In this document: piece by piece, positions 13,084 to 27,949 of the stretch
Numbering within the stretch: position 1 is the stretch's first letter
How the letters are laid out: each line of letters opens with the position of its first letter
Assembly: GCA_964016885.1 (NCBI GenBank)
Contig: OZ024746.1
Span: forward strand, 6,510,001-6,574,000
Length of the DNA stretch: 64,000 nt
Reading direction: 5' to 3'
DNA from: Eledone cirrhosa
Lineage: Eukaryota
Position numbers and translations under genes: made by a program
Notes under the pieces: generated by a model
Databases searched by the model: none
The model's input: the letters and a program-made list of their open reading frames with translations, nothing else
Told to the model about the DNA's origin: nothing

Positions 13084-13309
13084 AAGAAAAACCACAGACG
13101 ACAGATGTGAGAAAAACCACAGACCCTCCATCTCAACTCTACTTTTGAAAAGCAGAAGAACTGCGAAACCGGTAAAGGAACCAAATAAATATATATATTC
13201 TTTTTTTAAATAAGACTCCAGTTGCATTTTCGATTTCATCTTTTTTTCTTTATACTTTCACTCGTGTAGGACACCTCGGTTATTTTTCATTTTGTAAAGA
13301 AAACCTCAC

Positions 13310-13349
<40 letters not shown>

Positions 13350-13350
<1 letters not shown>

Positions 13351-14083
13351 ACCAGGGTGCTCTTGCCGTAAGCCCGAAGCTTGTTCCCTTCAAAAGCAAT
13401 ACAACACACCCGCAGTAGTTTATGAAGCTGTGGTCACTTCCAACCGACCAAATCAACCACAGGAGGGTATCCTATGTGGGTATGGCGTAGGGCCGATTTA
13501 AGGAACGCTTCCTGAACCACCAGTCGACCTTTAGCTACTCGGACAGACGTTCATCCACGAAACTCGCGAGCCAAGTATGGTCCCTCAAGGACTCAAGTAT
13601 AGACTACTCCAAGCCATACGCACGGGGCAATCCGTCTTGTGGACTATGTATTGATGAACGAATAAATATTCTAAAGAGATTACGCAATAATGATTGCCTA
13701 AACACGAGAAATGAATTCTTCACACGTTGTCCACACGTCTGGAAACACCTCTTACATAACTATAAAGCTCCGGATTGAATTACACCAACATCCTAATTTT
13801 CTTATCAACTAGAAACTTTCGTACTTTCGCAGTTATCTCCCTTACATCTCTCGCACGCAATTTAGTATTGCCTGAGCGAAGTGACCGTTTCTGCGCATGC
13901 GCGTTCGTGTGGTTGTCCTTCCTGTTCCGTATAACGCTGTCTATTACGAGCTGAGGATCCGCTAAGGTGAAACAATTGTTCTTGGTATGGTGAACTAACT
14001 GTTGTGTAACCACTTCTACCTAACTCATCCCATGGACTGAGTGCTCTACCACTACGGATATTACCTTCCAGTATTCTACCACT
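13350..14083 (+). mobile_element. Penelope-like 3' fragment with decayed GIY-YIG and HHR tail
   Basis: VVYEAVVT...YVGMA*GRFKERFLNHQSTF...STKLASQVWSLK, CGLC; HHR at 13946-13985; ends in (TA)n. Confidence 0.8.
13946..13985 (+). ncRNA. Type-I HHR in Penelope tail
   Basis: GAG-CTGAGGA-TCC GCTAA GGT-GAAA-CAATTG-TT-CTT; stems are short. Confidence 0.68.
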
Positions 14084-14533
14084 ATATATATATATATATA
14101 CAGGATAACAGGTTATCGTTATATAGATGTAGTCCAGTTAGAGTACTCCGTGTAGTGGATAGTATTAACGTGTGGCTTAGTTTGACTCAACAAGACGTTT
14201 CCATAGTGATGCTGCGAGTTCGCGGTGATTTCTATGTAGTTTATACTTGGAGTAATAATAATTCAAGAAAAAAGAGTGACATGGTTTGCTATACAATAAT
14301 GGCTTTATTCACATTGCTGACAATTGTTTCTTCGATCTGGTAGGTCTGGAGTTCGCTACCCGCCTGATTTTGCATCAATCGATCTCCAATACTTTGTTTA
14401 TAACCAGTCGTTTTCATCGGAGCACGCGAAAGTGAAGAATATACTCAAGTCAGTTTCATACATCTGTATAATGTCAGCAATGTGAATAAAGGCCTTATTG
14501 TATAGCGAACCGTGTCACGCTTTTTTCTTGAAT

Positions 14534-14704
<171 letters not shown>

Positions 14705-15121
14705 ATGTATATATCCGTATGTGGTTGGCGGCTGGGAGAGATAAGAGTACTCAATACCGAAGTATAATTTTAATATTTGTTTTTATTAAGGTTAAGTAAG
14801 TTTTGTTACTCTGGAGTTTCACCTGTTTATCACAGACGAAACTCCAGAGTAATGAGACACACTACTTAGACTTAATAGAATTTATATATATATACATATT
14901 TATACTTTAAGCTTGTTAATTACAGGGTTTCAGTATGAGTTATTAACTCTAACTTTCACTTATATTTCGGCTCCTTCCATAGGTGAGCTTATTAAGTTGT
15001 GTGTGTTGGACTGTTATTTCTAACCAATACACACACCACTTTTGACTTACGGCACACGAGGTGATGAATTCATTTTTCTGTGTGAACGTTGCTACATAGT
15101 GTTTGTCGCATTTAATCAGAT

Positions 15122-15203
15122 TCTCTCGCTGATGATGCACGCGGATTATCTGTTACAAACACACTCAGGGCGAAACAGATTAATCCCTAATCTGTCCGAG
15201 AGA
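15122..15203 (+). ncRNA. Type-I HHR with 7-bp stems I and III and a GUC site
   Basis: TCTCTCG-CTGATGA-(36 nt)-GAAA-CAGATTA ATCCC TAATCTG-TC-CGAGAGA; stem II pairing unclear. Confidence 0.8.
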
Positions 15204-16084
15204 TGTAATTGTTATTGGAGCGATTTGTATAATATAATTTTATTTTATTTTATCATTCTGTCTGCTTCATGGTTAAATATTTCAAACAAATGTGGTTCTT
15301 CAACCCTCGTAATATTAGACACACGATATACTGTGTTTCTTACTACATATATTATTATAATGCTCAGTATTTATACTTTGAGCTTGTTAATTACAGGGTT
15401 TCAGTATGAGTTATTAACTCTAACTTTCATTTATATATATATATACACATATATCATCATCGTCATCATTTTTACGTCCACTTTTCCCTGCTTGCAAGGG
15501 TTGCATCTCTCCACTTCTCACGGTCCTTCGTCATCTCCTCGGTGAGTTTCAGCGATCTGAGGTCTGCTCTCATCACCTCCGCCTATATTTGAATATATAT
15601 ATATATATAGGCTAAATAGTGAGTCTTATTACATATATATATATATATGTGTATGTGTGTGTATACATATATACATATATGTACATACAGTTATGTACGT
15701 ATACGTGTGTGACTATCTACAGTTCAGCGTTTGTCATTTGATTATGAATCATTTCACCTTTCTATAATTCGATTGAAATAATATTTTATAAGATAATTCA
15801 ATGTATTTCGTTAAGAGCTATATGTATTTGATTTCATACAACTTCTACAAAACTACGATTTAAATACCCTCAAGAGTCTATTGCCATAAACAATAAACGT
15901 TGTTTCTATTTCTCGCCAAAATATTAAAACTTTTTCCTTTACTTATATGGCAAGTTATATATTTAGTTATATATACCTTTTATGTAATAGAAGGCGTGTG
16001 GCTTTGATGTCATGTTGTTCGACTTACGATGGTAAAGGGATAAGTACAATATTTTGATCAAGAAACGCATTGTGTCTCGTTGAA

Positions 16085-16253
16085 AGTCGATTAAATCGAC
16101 CCAGTGCGTGACTGGTACTTTATTTTATCGACCCCGTGAGGATGAAAGGCAAAGTTAACCTCGGCGGGATTTGAACTCAGATATAAAGGGCTGTGATTCT
16201 ATGCTGCAAAGCTTGGCGTCCGACTCTCTACCGATTCTGCCAATCCACCGCCC
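16085..16253 (-). mobile_element. SINE family 1 copy
   Basis: Same consensus. Confidence 0.8.
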
Positions 16254-16539
16254 TTTAAATAATACAAAGGTGGCGCAGAGAAAGGGGGCTTAACATTCCT
16301 GGTGGAATCCCATTGTCAGTCGTGGTCGAATATGACAAATTAATAATATTAGAAACCAAACATATTTGCCTTTTGTTAATTAATCAAAACAAATGGATTA
16401 AATAATTAATTAATTAGATATTTAAACAAAGCACTAGGAAGAACAACTAATATAATCATAGACAGGAGAATTCCTTCCATTTCTTTTAAATGGTTATCAA
16501 TACTTTAAAGATATCCTAGACACTCTACTTCCTATTCCA

Positions 16540-16584
<45 letters not shown>

Positions 16585-16694
16585 TTTCGTATCTCCAAAA
16601 AAATACGGTGTTAGGAAGCCGTAGGAAGCCGTAGCTATGCAAACACCGGGGGGCTGACGCCCTCTGGGGATGTCCAGCAGAAGCAAGGGCGACA

Positions 16695-16738
16695 ACCGTC
16701 TATGCATTTCAGGCTTAACTGGCCATCGTCAGGACGGT
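16695..16738 (-). ncRNA. Type-I minimal HHR
   Basis: ACCGTC-CTGACGA-TGGC CAGTTAA GCCT-GAAA-TGCA-TA-GACGGT. Confidence 0.85.
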
Positions 16739-17286
16739 CCCTCCAACCGCTTGCGACTGCTGGACTAGAAGACAGGCGAGAATATATACTTTTCTCGTCT
16801 GTGCAAATGAGGTGATTAATGTCATTTGCATATTAAGCTGCATAAGTTGGCTCAACTTATAATACAAAAGAAATAGGATTTCGCTTCAAGCATAGCTTTA
16901 TACAATTTGTATGAATATTTCGTATCTCCCCAAAAATACGGTGTTAGGAAGCCGTAGCTATGCGAACACCGGAAGCGAAATCCTATTTCTTTTTTATTAT
17001 AAGTTGAGCCAACTTAATATATATATATATTATAAAGAAAACGAAAAATCAGTGATGCATCTGGAATTTCGTCGGCGGCAAAACATTTGTAACACGAAAT
17101 AAACTAAGTCCAGATGCATCACTGATTTTTCGTTTTCTTTATAATATCTACACTCTACTCTGCTGAATATCGAGTGCTAATTTTGGCATACCGCCTATGG
17201 AAGCACCATAGCTACCTTTATACACAACTATATATATATATGTATATATATACATATATATATATACATATATATATATATATGTG

Positions 17287-17338
<52 letters not shown>

Positions 17339-17363
17339 CATATATATATATATTATATATATA

Positions 17364-17471
<108 letters not shown>

Positions 17472-17526
17472 GTGAGGTTTTTTTTACAAAATGAAAAATA
17501 GCCGAGGTGTCCTACACGAGTGTAAG

Positions 17527-17825
17527 TATAAAGAAAAAAAGATGAAATCGAAAATGCAACTGGAGTCTTATTTTTTTTTTTAATATATATATTTATTTGA
17601 TTCCTTTCCCGGTTTCGCAGTTCTTCTGCTTTTCAAAAGTAGAGTTGAGATGGAGGGTCTGTGGTTTTTCTCACAACTCGAGATGTGAGAAAAACCACAG
17701 ACCCTCCATCTCAACTCTACTTTTGAAAAGCAGAAGAACTGCGAAACTGGTAAAGGAACCAAATAAATATATATATATTTTTTTTAAATAAGACTCCAGT
17801 TGCATTTTCGATTTCATCTTTTTTT

Positions 17826-17830
<5 letters not shown>
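17527..17830. repeat. Palindrome of two head-to-head pLTR fragments
   Basis: ~150-bp arms centred near 17680. Confidence 0.9.
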
Positions 17831-17909
<79 letters not shown>

Positions 17910-17916
17910 TACCCCC

Positions 17917-17970
<54 letters not shown>

Positions 17971-17976
<6 letters not shown>

Positions 17977-18456
17977 ATACTTTGGGAGGGTCATGTTGCG
18001 AATAAGAAACACACGCACCAGTTGCTTTCACTTCAATTTATTATAAATTAAATTTATAAATTTAGGAATTTATAAATTTCCGGTTGGTTTGTTGGTTCCA
18101 CAACCAGACGATTGTTCATATATTGACAAAGTTCTTTCGTCACACTTTCTGTGACCTCTTCAGTGACTGGGGATCCTTTTCTTTGTTTTTGTGCCTCTCC
18201 TTTGTTCTGTCCTACGCCATCTTGATGGCGTAGGACAGAACAAAGAAAAGAATCCCCAGTCACTGAAGAGGTCACAGAATGTGTGACGAAAGAACTTTGA
18301 CAATATATGAACAATCGTCTGGTTGTAGAACCAACCAGCCAACCGGAAATTTAAAAATTCCTAAATTTATAAATTTAATTTATAATAAATTGAAGTGAAA
18401 GCAACTGGTGCGTGTGTTTCTTATTGGCAACATGGCCCTCCCAAAGTATAACAATA
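17971..18456. repeat. Palindrome of two head-to-head pLTR fragments, second family
   Basis: ~240-bp arms centred on cctacgccatcttgatggcgtagg (~18222); smaller version at 29549-29696. Confidence 0.9.
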
Positions 18457-18521
18457 TTGGTTTCAACACATGTTTTCAGATAAAGAATCTTGCTAAATAA
18501 ATTCAGAAACGATATATATAT

Positions 18522-18623
<102 letters not shown>

Positions 18624-19205
18624 GTATGTGTATTTATGTATTTATGTATATGTGTATATATGTATATGTGTAGATGCGTTTGTATATGATTGTATATGTG
18701 TATATTTATATATATATATATATATATAAATATACACATATACAATCATATACATATATATATGTGTGTGTGCATGTGTATCTGTGTGTGAATGTGTCTG
18801 TTGACACCTGAAATATAGTTTAAAAGAAACATGACAATAATGATAGGCACCCAATATTTGAACTGGTCACTCTAAGTAGCGCTTAAAAGAATTAGCTTTT
18901 AAAGAATTTCCCTTTTCTTTAAATCCATCAACCATAACCGACCCCCAACCATCTTATAGTCACCTGAAATATAGGCATTGTTCGCTTAAGAGAAACTTAA
19001 AAATAAGGAGTGGCACCCCATTCTGAACTTGTTTATAGAATCCTTTCTGCCTTTGTCACTCTAAATACAAATTATAGCCTTAAAGAATTAGCTTTTAATG
19101 AATTCCCTTTTCTTTCATTCAATGACCTCCACCCATCCCACTCCCCACCCTCTCCTACCACCTGAAAAGATATAAATACCACAACATTTATTTTGGACAG
19201 CCAGC

Positions 19206-19250
19206 TTCCTGATGATTTCTAAAGAATGAAACAGTTCTAGTCCTGTAGAA
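19206..19250 (+). ncRNA. Type-I HHR
   Basis: TTC-CTGATGA-TTTCT AA AGAAT-GAAA-CAG TTCTAGTC CTG-TA-GAA. Confidence 0.68.
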
Positions 19251-19396
19251 TCTCATTTATATTAAAACTTTTATACTCTGCTATGTATTGAGTACCTTAC
19301 TGACTGTGGTTACCTCCGATTCAACCCGCAATAACTTACCTATATATATACCATATAAATACAGAGCTGGCTAACTGACTAACTAAGAACTAACTA

Positions 19397-19452
19397 ACTG
19401 CCTGATGAGGTCATAGCCATTCAATGGCTATCATCGAAATATATATAGCAGT
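19397..19452 (+). ncRNA. Type-I HHR; homolog at 32793-32847
   Basis: ACTGC-CTGATGA-GGTCATAGCCA TTCAA TGGCTATCATC-GAAA-TATATA-TA-GCAGT, followed by AATAAA. Confidence 0.85.
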
Positions 19453-19494
19453 AAATAAAGGATTATGAGTTCATACAATTGACTTATGTTTCGT

Positions 19495-19544
<50 letters not shown>

Positions 19545-21357
19545 CACATACATGTGTAATATAAACGATTTACTTCTAATACATTTAATTGTGTAATGTC
19601 CGAGTCGAGAATTCATACATTAAACTAAACTACTCCATAGAACAATAAAATAACCGATTAATCTTGTGGAAGTATGTTCAATTGAATTTAAGTGATTTAG
19701 TGTTGAATTAAATTATCATATATACTGATCAGCTATTGATTAGTCAATAAAATTTTATATTTAACATGTTTCTTTTAAGAAAATTAAATTGCCTTAGAAT
19801 ATCATTATTTTTTATGTTAATAAATTATCGACTATGTTTGATTGAATATTATTCTACATTTGTTTTAGAATAAGATGAACCTAATCACTGTTCAACATTA
19901 ATTAATCAATTAATTAAACAAAGTATAATTGGATTGAATTTAATTTAATTGAATTAGTTAAGAATAACATTAATGTAAAGAGCCATCAACTAACGTTATT
20001 TGTTGATTAAATAAATTAGATTAATGGATTAAATAATGAATTAATTAATTAATTAGGTATTTAAACAAACCACTAACAAGGACAACAGTGATATAATCAT
20101 GAATTACTTCCCTTTCTTTTGAATTTTATAAATATCCTAGACTCTCTACTTATTGTTCTATTTAATTCTTATCTGATCCTTGTCTGATAATGACAGCAAA
20201 TGTAGGCGAAACCAATAAAAAGTAGCGAAAGCCTGGAATATAGGTGTTAAGAAAAGAAACAAAGATGAAAATATTTCGACAGAGAACATGTATTGCAAAT
20301 GTCTTGCAAATGCAAACTTCTACAAGATTTGTAAGCAACATTGAGCCCTATCTATAATGGAAGCCATTGAAAATATATTTGCTAAGGACACCTTACTTAA
20401 CTAAAACGGCGAAATCTGTATATATTCATTGAAACTAACTTCTTTCATTTAGGTTCGAAATGATTTATGTCTTCATCTTATATAAAGGTTTTCCAAAAGA
20501 AAGTGAAATGAAGAGATCTGCTTTTCCTCGAGAGAAACTGGTTTCCTTTCTACCCATTACTCAATCTCCTCTATCTTTCTATTTCTTTTTTTAATTTCTG
20601 ATGAAATATTAGCTTCCGAAATATAAAAAATCTTCCTATTATATTAAGCGTGTATATATATATATATTCAGGTTTGAGGTTCACCACTGTATAGAGCTGG
20701 CATATTCCTTATGGTCAATCGTAATGCAATAATATAGAGAGTACTCAACGTAAGGCAGTTCAACCGTCTTTGTTTTTGTAGTTGGTGGTGCTATTACGGA
20801 GTTAAATATTATAATGAAATGACAGGAGGCTGGACTTGTGTAAATCCTTGAAAGGTTTATTATACTATGATCATTTCAATGACCGGGTTCCGTATGAATC
20901 CGGTGATATCATCAGGTATTCGAAATATAATACGTGAATGTAATAGATAAAATCCATGGGGCTAAAAATCGAGGACCCGAGGGCGACCGCTATTCTATTC
21001 CTTCAACCTCAGCCGGTCGCCCTCGAGTGGCCTTTCTTCTTTTAGCTGACATTAACCCTGGCTTCTCTTCTTCTTTCTTCCCCCTTCTTCTCTCTCCTTC
21101 CTTTCTTTCTTTCTTTTACCTTGTGTCATGAGATTGATGCTAACTTATTTTCCCATCCCTTTCTGTTTTCGTTTATTTGACCGGTAGTAGCATACTATAA
21201 ACTTTCGCCACGTCACTCGAGGGCGACCGGCTGAGGTTGAAACGGCTTGAGCTCAGCTGTCGGGGTCTTACTGGTTCCTATTACCCACTCTACTACTTCA
21301 AGTATTGAGTACTTTGGTGCGTTATGGTCCACCTGGTTCCTTACCACATTTCCTTCG

Positions 21358-21524
<167 letters not shown>

Positions 21525-21750
21525 ACCAAATATTAATATGGTTCATTGATTACTCAATGAATACAGTTTTACAATAGTGTTTTACACCCTCCCTTATATC
21601 TCTAATGCGCTCCATGTCCTTTTCTTCTTTATGTTTATCATATTATTATTTGTGGTATATAAATGTTGAGATTTGATGAAATAAATCACTGCCAATACTG
21701 GAATTGAAATATCAAGACCGTAGAGGTATGTCATATATCAAATCATATAT

Positions 21751-21810
21751 TTTATCTGACGAGGACGTACTGAAAAAACAACACAATACCTTCGAAATAT
21801 ATATAATAAA
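21751..21810 (+). ncRNA. Type-I HHR
   Basis: TTTAT-CTGACGA-GGACGTA...TACCTTC-GAAA-TATATA-TA-ATAAA. Confidence 0.7.
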
Positions 21811-21902
21811 GCATATATTTTGATTATGTGAATATCTTCATTTGTTAATATTTGGAATAATATGTATATATATGTAAACATATATATATATATATATACA
21901 TT

Positions 21903-22056
<154 letters not shown>

Positions 22057-22224
22057 TGTATTTGTATGTGTGTGCGTGCGCGCGCGTGTAAAAATTAAAA
22101 AAGAAATAACGAAACAAACAACACAGTGCATTGAAGAAATATATTAGTTAAACGCTTCAAATACCAGGGAAAGTTTTAACGTTACATTTATATATATTTA
22201 TATATTTATTAAAATAACAGAATA

Positions 22225-22277
22225 AAGTTTAAGCAAAGAATCGCTGCTTTCACCCTTAACGGGATCTTCTGAAACTT
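22225..22277 (-). ncRNA. HHR-like motif with U4A core; degenerate copy at ~34221-34271
   Basis: AAGTTT-CAGAAGA-TCCC GTTAA GGGT-GAAA-GCA..TGC-TT-AAACTT. Confidence 0.6.
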
Positions 22278-22411
22278 GTTTCTGAAACTTTAATCTGTTA
22301 TTTTAATAAATATTTACTCTATGGTTTTTTATATATTTGATATATATATCATCCTTATCGAGCCCTCTTCGGGTGTTAGTCTTCACGTTTATTATTATTA
22401 CTATATATAAA

Positions 22412-22598
22412 GGGCGGTGGATTGGCAGTATCGGTGGAGGGTCGGACGCCATACTTTCCAGCATAGTTACGTCCCTTTACGATCTGAGTTCAAATCCCGC
22501 CGAGGTTGACTTTGCCTTTCATCCTTACGGGGTCGATAAAATAAAGTACCAGTAATGAACTGGGTAATTGCTGGCCTTGTGCCTAAAGTAGAAACAAT
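22412..22598 (+). mobile_element. SINE family 1 copy
   Basis: Same consensus; flanked by attattattactatata on both sides. Confidence 0.85.
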
Positions 22599-23289
22599 TA
22601 TTATTACTATATATATTTATATATATATATTTATGTGTGTGTGTGTGTGTGTGTGTGTACTTATTTATACACACACATATATGTGTGTATATCTCTATGC
22701 ATATATGTAACTATGTGTTATTTCCAATAAACTGTCTTCATTGGTTTTTACCAAAGCCATAGTAATATTATTATATAAGATAATAATTAATTTAGAAATT
22801 TAGGTCCTTGTGAAGAAATGAAAGTTGAAAGACGTCTGCAAATTTTTAAAGAATCTATAAATATAGGCTACTCTGTTTTTGACATTGATTTCCTTAGAGA
22901 AAGAAATGTTTTTATTCCCAGTTGTATAAATATCATTATAAATATTGATGGAAATATGAAAAAAAAATAAAAACAAAATTAAGTAATGAACAGAGGGGGA
23001 AGGGTGAAGAAGACCAGATTTGGCTGTATAGGAAAGTACTATAAAGGCCATAAATGTGAAAAACAGGAGGGAAAAAGTAAAGACTATTAGGCCACAGGGG
23101 ATGGGAAGAGGAGAGGGTGATAGGATCTATGCTTAGAGTGCGCCGCGCGAACAAAACTGCAAAGGCATTTCCGCGGACAATGGCCAGCGATACCTACTAC
23201 AACAGCTATTCCACCTTGCGGAGCTCCTCCCTCAGACGGGCTGCTGACATTCTGATATTTTCCACATTGATTTTAATCACTGTCGGTTC

Positions 23290-24480
23290 CGTTAATCATA
23301 TGATTTCAATTATCTATATATTTTCCAAAGACCACCACTATGAAATTAAAAAAAAAATATTGATTATTTCCTCTTGATACTCTTAAATCTACTTTCCTTA
23401 TTTTGAAACGTCACTGTAGAAGGACGAGAACTTCAAACTTCAGTTTACAACTCTCAGTTTACAGGTCAGCCTTAAAAAGGCATTCATCATTCATCTATTT
23501 TCAAACTTTAAAATAATTAACTATTATTATAGAACCTAATCTTAAATCTGTTAATTTTCTCGATGCGACACTTAGTTTCTCTAATTATTTTACTCCACCA
23601 GCAAACATAACAAACGTCACATAAAAAGTAAAATGACCATAGGAATATTTAAATTGAACTAAGATTATAGTTATTGTTATGAAATATTAAATACATTCTA
23701 GCTAAGAATGTTTCTTTTAGGATATGGAATCTTTCTGAGATAGAACGAATTTTTAATGACCATTCCGCTTATTATTACGAACAGAAGTGGTTTCAAGAAG
23801 ATAATTAAATATTATGAACATAGCTGTAGGATAACCATCCCCAAAATAGAAAATAGCACATCTGCTTTTGCAATCCAGCCTTTAATCGATAAATATTTAC
23901 TTTCATATCTAAAATATAATTTCGTTTCTTAAAAATCACTTCCAACCAGGACATAGGTATTATAATATTTTCAATGTGAGTAATACTACGATATTTTCGT
24001 CATTTACCAAAATTTCCTCAAACTGTAATTTTCAGCCTATCTAAGCTAAATCAATCTAACACTAACTCAAGCTATTCTAATAATTGTTGCACTTGTACCA
24101 GTTCTACATTATCTCTATTTCATTTGAAATTTAAGTGTTTGGGAAACTATATAGTGTACTAATCTAGTATTTAAATCATATACTTATCTCATTTCTTATC
24201 ATTTGAAAACTCGTGTATGATTAACACATTTTCGCTTTCAAGCACCTTCCAGATATAAGAACTCTTCTCTCATCGGAAATCTGATATTTAAAAAACGCAT
24301 ATATCCTCAATCTTTATTTGAAACTGCTTGTACAGTCAAATTCCTACACGGACAACTGAAGATGTGATACTTCTGTAAGATGAAAGCCTTTGAAATTCCC
24401 TTTTAAAACGTACAACAAATACGAACCTGTATCTTCTCCCTGAATCTATAGATATCCTCATCAATCCATCGCATAAACAT
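23290..24480 (+). pseudogene. Heavily decayed Penelope-like RT/GIY-YIG remnant
   Basis: Patches colinear with the 35100-36400 element (VNFLDATL, H.YYNIFN); many stops and frameshifts. Confidence 0.5.
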
Positions 24481-24825
24481 TCACGTTCATTAATATTTAG
24501 GAAATTTCTCTTATTACTAACTACCTCACTTTTAGCGATTCACATTTCTCAGACCAAATCTCCTATCAGTCAGTATTATTATCCAGTAATACACTGGGGT
24601 AATTGCTGGCCTTGTGCCAAATGTAGAAACAATTATTATAGCTGTTATTGCAGCACATGATATATATTTCAAACACAAATTGTCACCACTTAACTCACTC
24701 ATTTTTCAGAATATGTCATGTCTATAATACGAAATGCTGGTCACCTCTAGTTAGGATATTAAAACTAAATATCCTAAAAATTTAAAACCCTGTTACATTC
24801 TTGGAATTATATACATACACTATAT

Positions 24826-25977
<1,152 letters not shown>

Positions 25978-26258
25978 TAGATTAGAGCAAAAATCACGAG
26001 CACTGTATCTCAAAATTATTTTTGAAAAGCATAAGAAATACGCAACCGGTAAAAATTTAAAACTAAAACTGAATACTAACCAATACTTATTACTAATTTA
26101 TACTTATTCCTAATTAAACTATTTTTCACTGGGAAAAATTTGTCACCATTTTCTTTTCCTTTTTACTAATATATATATATTTATATATATTTTATCGAAA
26201 GACATTTTATCCAATTCCAACCCGCCCGTTCCCTCAATCTATCTTATTTCTCATTCTT

Positions 26259-26294
26259 TCTTCTGATGAAGGACTAGCGTCCGAAACGTTAGGA
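26259..26294 (+). ncRNA. Type-I minimal HHR; degenerate relative at ~20595-20628
   Basis: TCTT-CTGATGA-AGGAC TAGC GTCC-GAAA-CG-TT-AGGA. Confidence 0.75.
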
Positions 26295-26619
26295 CCCTCT
26301 TCCTGCTATATCAAGCGTTAACCTAATATATCCCTTCCATATACTGTACCAATTTTGTTGTTATTCCTGTTTACCTTTATATATATATATATATATAATA
26401 TTATAATGAAATGACAGGAGGTTGGGTTTGTGTAAATCCTTGAAAGGTTTATTATACGATGATCATTTCAATGACCGGGTTCCGTATGAACCGCTATTCT
26501 GTTCCTTCAACCTCAGCCGGTACCGGCTGAGGTTGAAGGAACAGAATAGCGGTCGCCCTCGGGTCCTCGATTTTCAGCCCCATGGATTTTATCTATTACA
26601 TTCACGTATTATATTTCGA

Positions 26620-26677
26620 ATACCTGATGATATCACCGGATTCATACGGAACCCGGTCATTGAAATGATCATAGTAT
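26620..26677 (+). ncRNA. Type-I HHR; same motif on the minus strand at 20862-20919
   Basis: ATAC-CTGATGA-..ACCGG...CCGGT..-GAAA-TGATCA-TA-GTAT, followed by AATAAA. Confidence 0.8.
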
Positions 26678-26868
26678 AATAAACCTTTCAAGGATTTACA
26701 CAAACCCAGCCTCCTGTCATTTCATTATAATATTTAACTCCGTAATAGCACCACCAACTACAAAAACAAAGACGGTTGAACTGCTTTACGTTGAGTACTC
26801 TCTATATTATTGCATTACGATTGACCATACGGAATAGACCAGCTCTATACAGTGGTGAACCTCAAACC

Positions 26869-26904
<36 letters not shown>

Positions 26905-27055
26905 TAGGAACCAGTAAGACCCCGACCGGGGTCTTACTGGTTCCTATTATCCACTCTACTACCTCAAGTATTGAGTACTTTGGTGCGTTATGGTCCACCT
27001 GGTTCCTTACCACATTTCCTTCGTTATATATAAATATATATATATAAATATATAA

Positions 27056-27130
<75 letters not shown>

Positions 27131-27949
27131 AGTTTTCTGCAGTACTAAACCGAGGAGACCACTAATCGTGGGTTTAACAATACTGACAGTTATCTTTGGT
27201 TTTTTATATAAACACCTCCATCTTTTCTCTTAAATGTTTGTTTTATGTTCATTGAATTTCTCTGCCGTTGCCTACTTTAATACATTTCATGCTCCAGTAT
27301 ATTAACTCTGTATGTCTAAGAAACATTTACAATATTCGTGTTTCTCTATTTTGTTTTCTTTTACGAGGTTTTCTTCCTTTCTTAACCACATATATAAATT
27401 TTGATTAGTCTTCAGTTTCATATCTAATATCACTCCACATTTTAATCTCCCAGCTATGACAAATATACACATTTCTTCCATTACAATAATATTTTCGCTA
27501 AATTAAACCCATAGTATACTGTAATAACTAGTTTTGTGCTTCTTCCTTCAAATTAACGTAACCTAGTTTAGTCTCCCATTTCTTAAATTGTTTTCTAATT
27601 AATTTTTTGTCCATATTTTATTTATTTATTTGTGTATTTATTCGTTCTTTAACAGACTTCCCCACCAATGCCCCCAACTCCATTTCTTAGATTTGTATTG
27701 CTGCCTTTCAAATCACCAGATTCTTTCAACTGAGGCCAGTTTCATTTTTCTACCTTTCTCTCACTTTCCCCGCTTCCATTTCTATTATTCTCCGTTGTTC
27801 GTTTTCTCCATTTTTATTTCTATTTCCGTTATTAACTTCTTAATGTATTCTTCTGGGTCCGTTTTCTTTCAGAGATTTCTTCTGCTTGTTTTAAAATTGT
27901 TTTGCCTGAGTTTTAATAAATACAATGATCTGTGGTGAAACGTAAGATA

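Noticed and set aside
14440-14482. Minus-strand CTGACAT...GAAA HHR-like motif
   Set aside because: Two core mismatches and weak stem I.
27362-27420. Minus-strand CTGAAGA...GAAA...TC
   Set aside because: Stem I does not pair.
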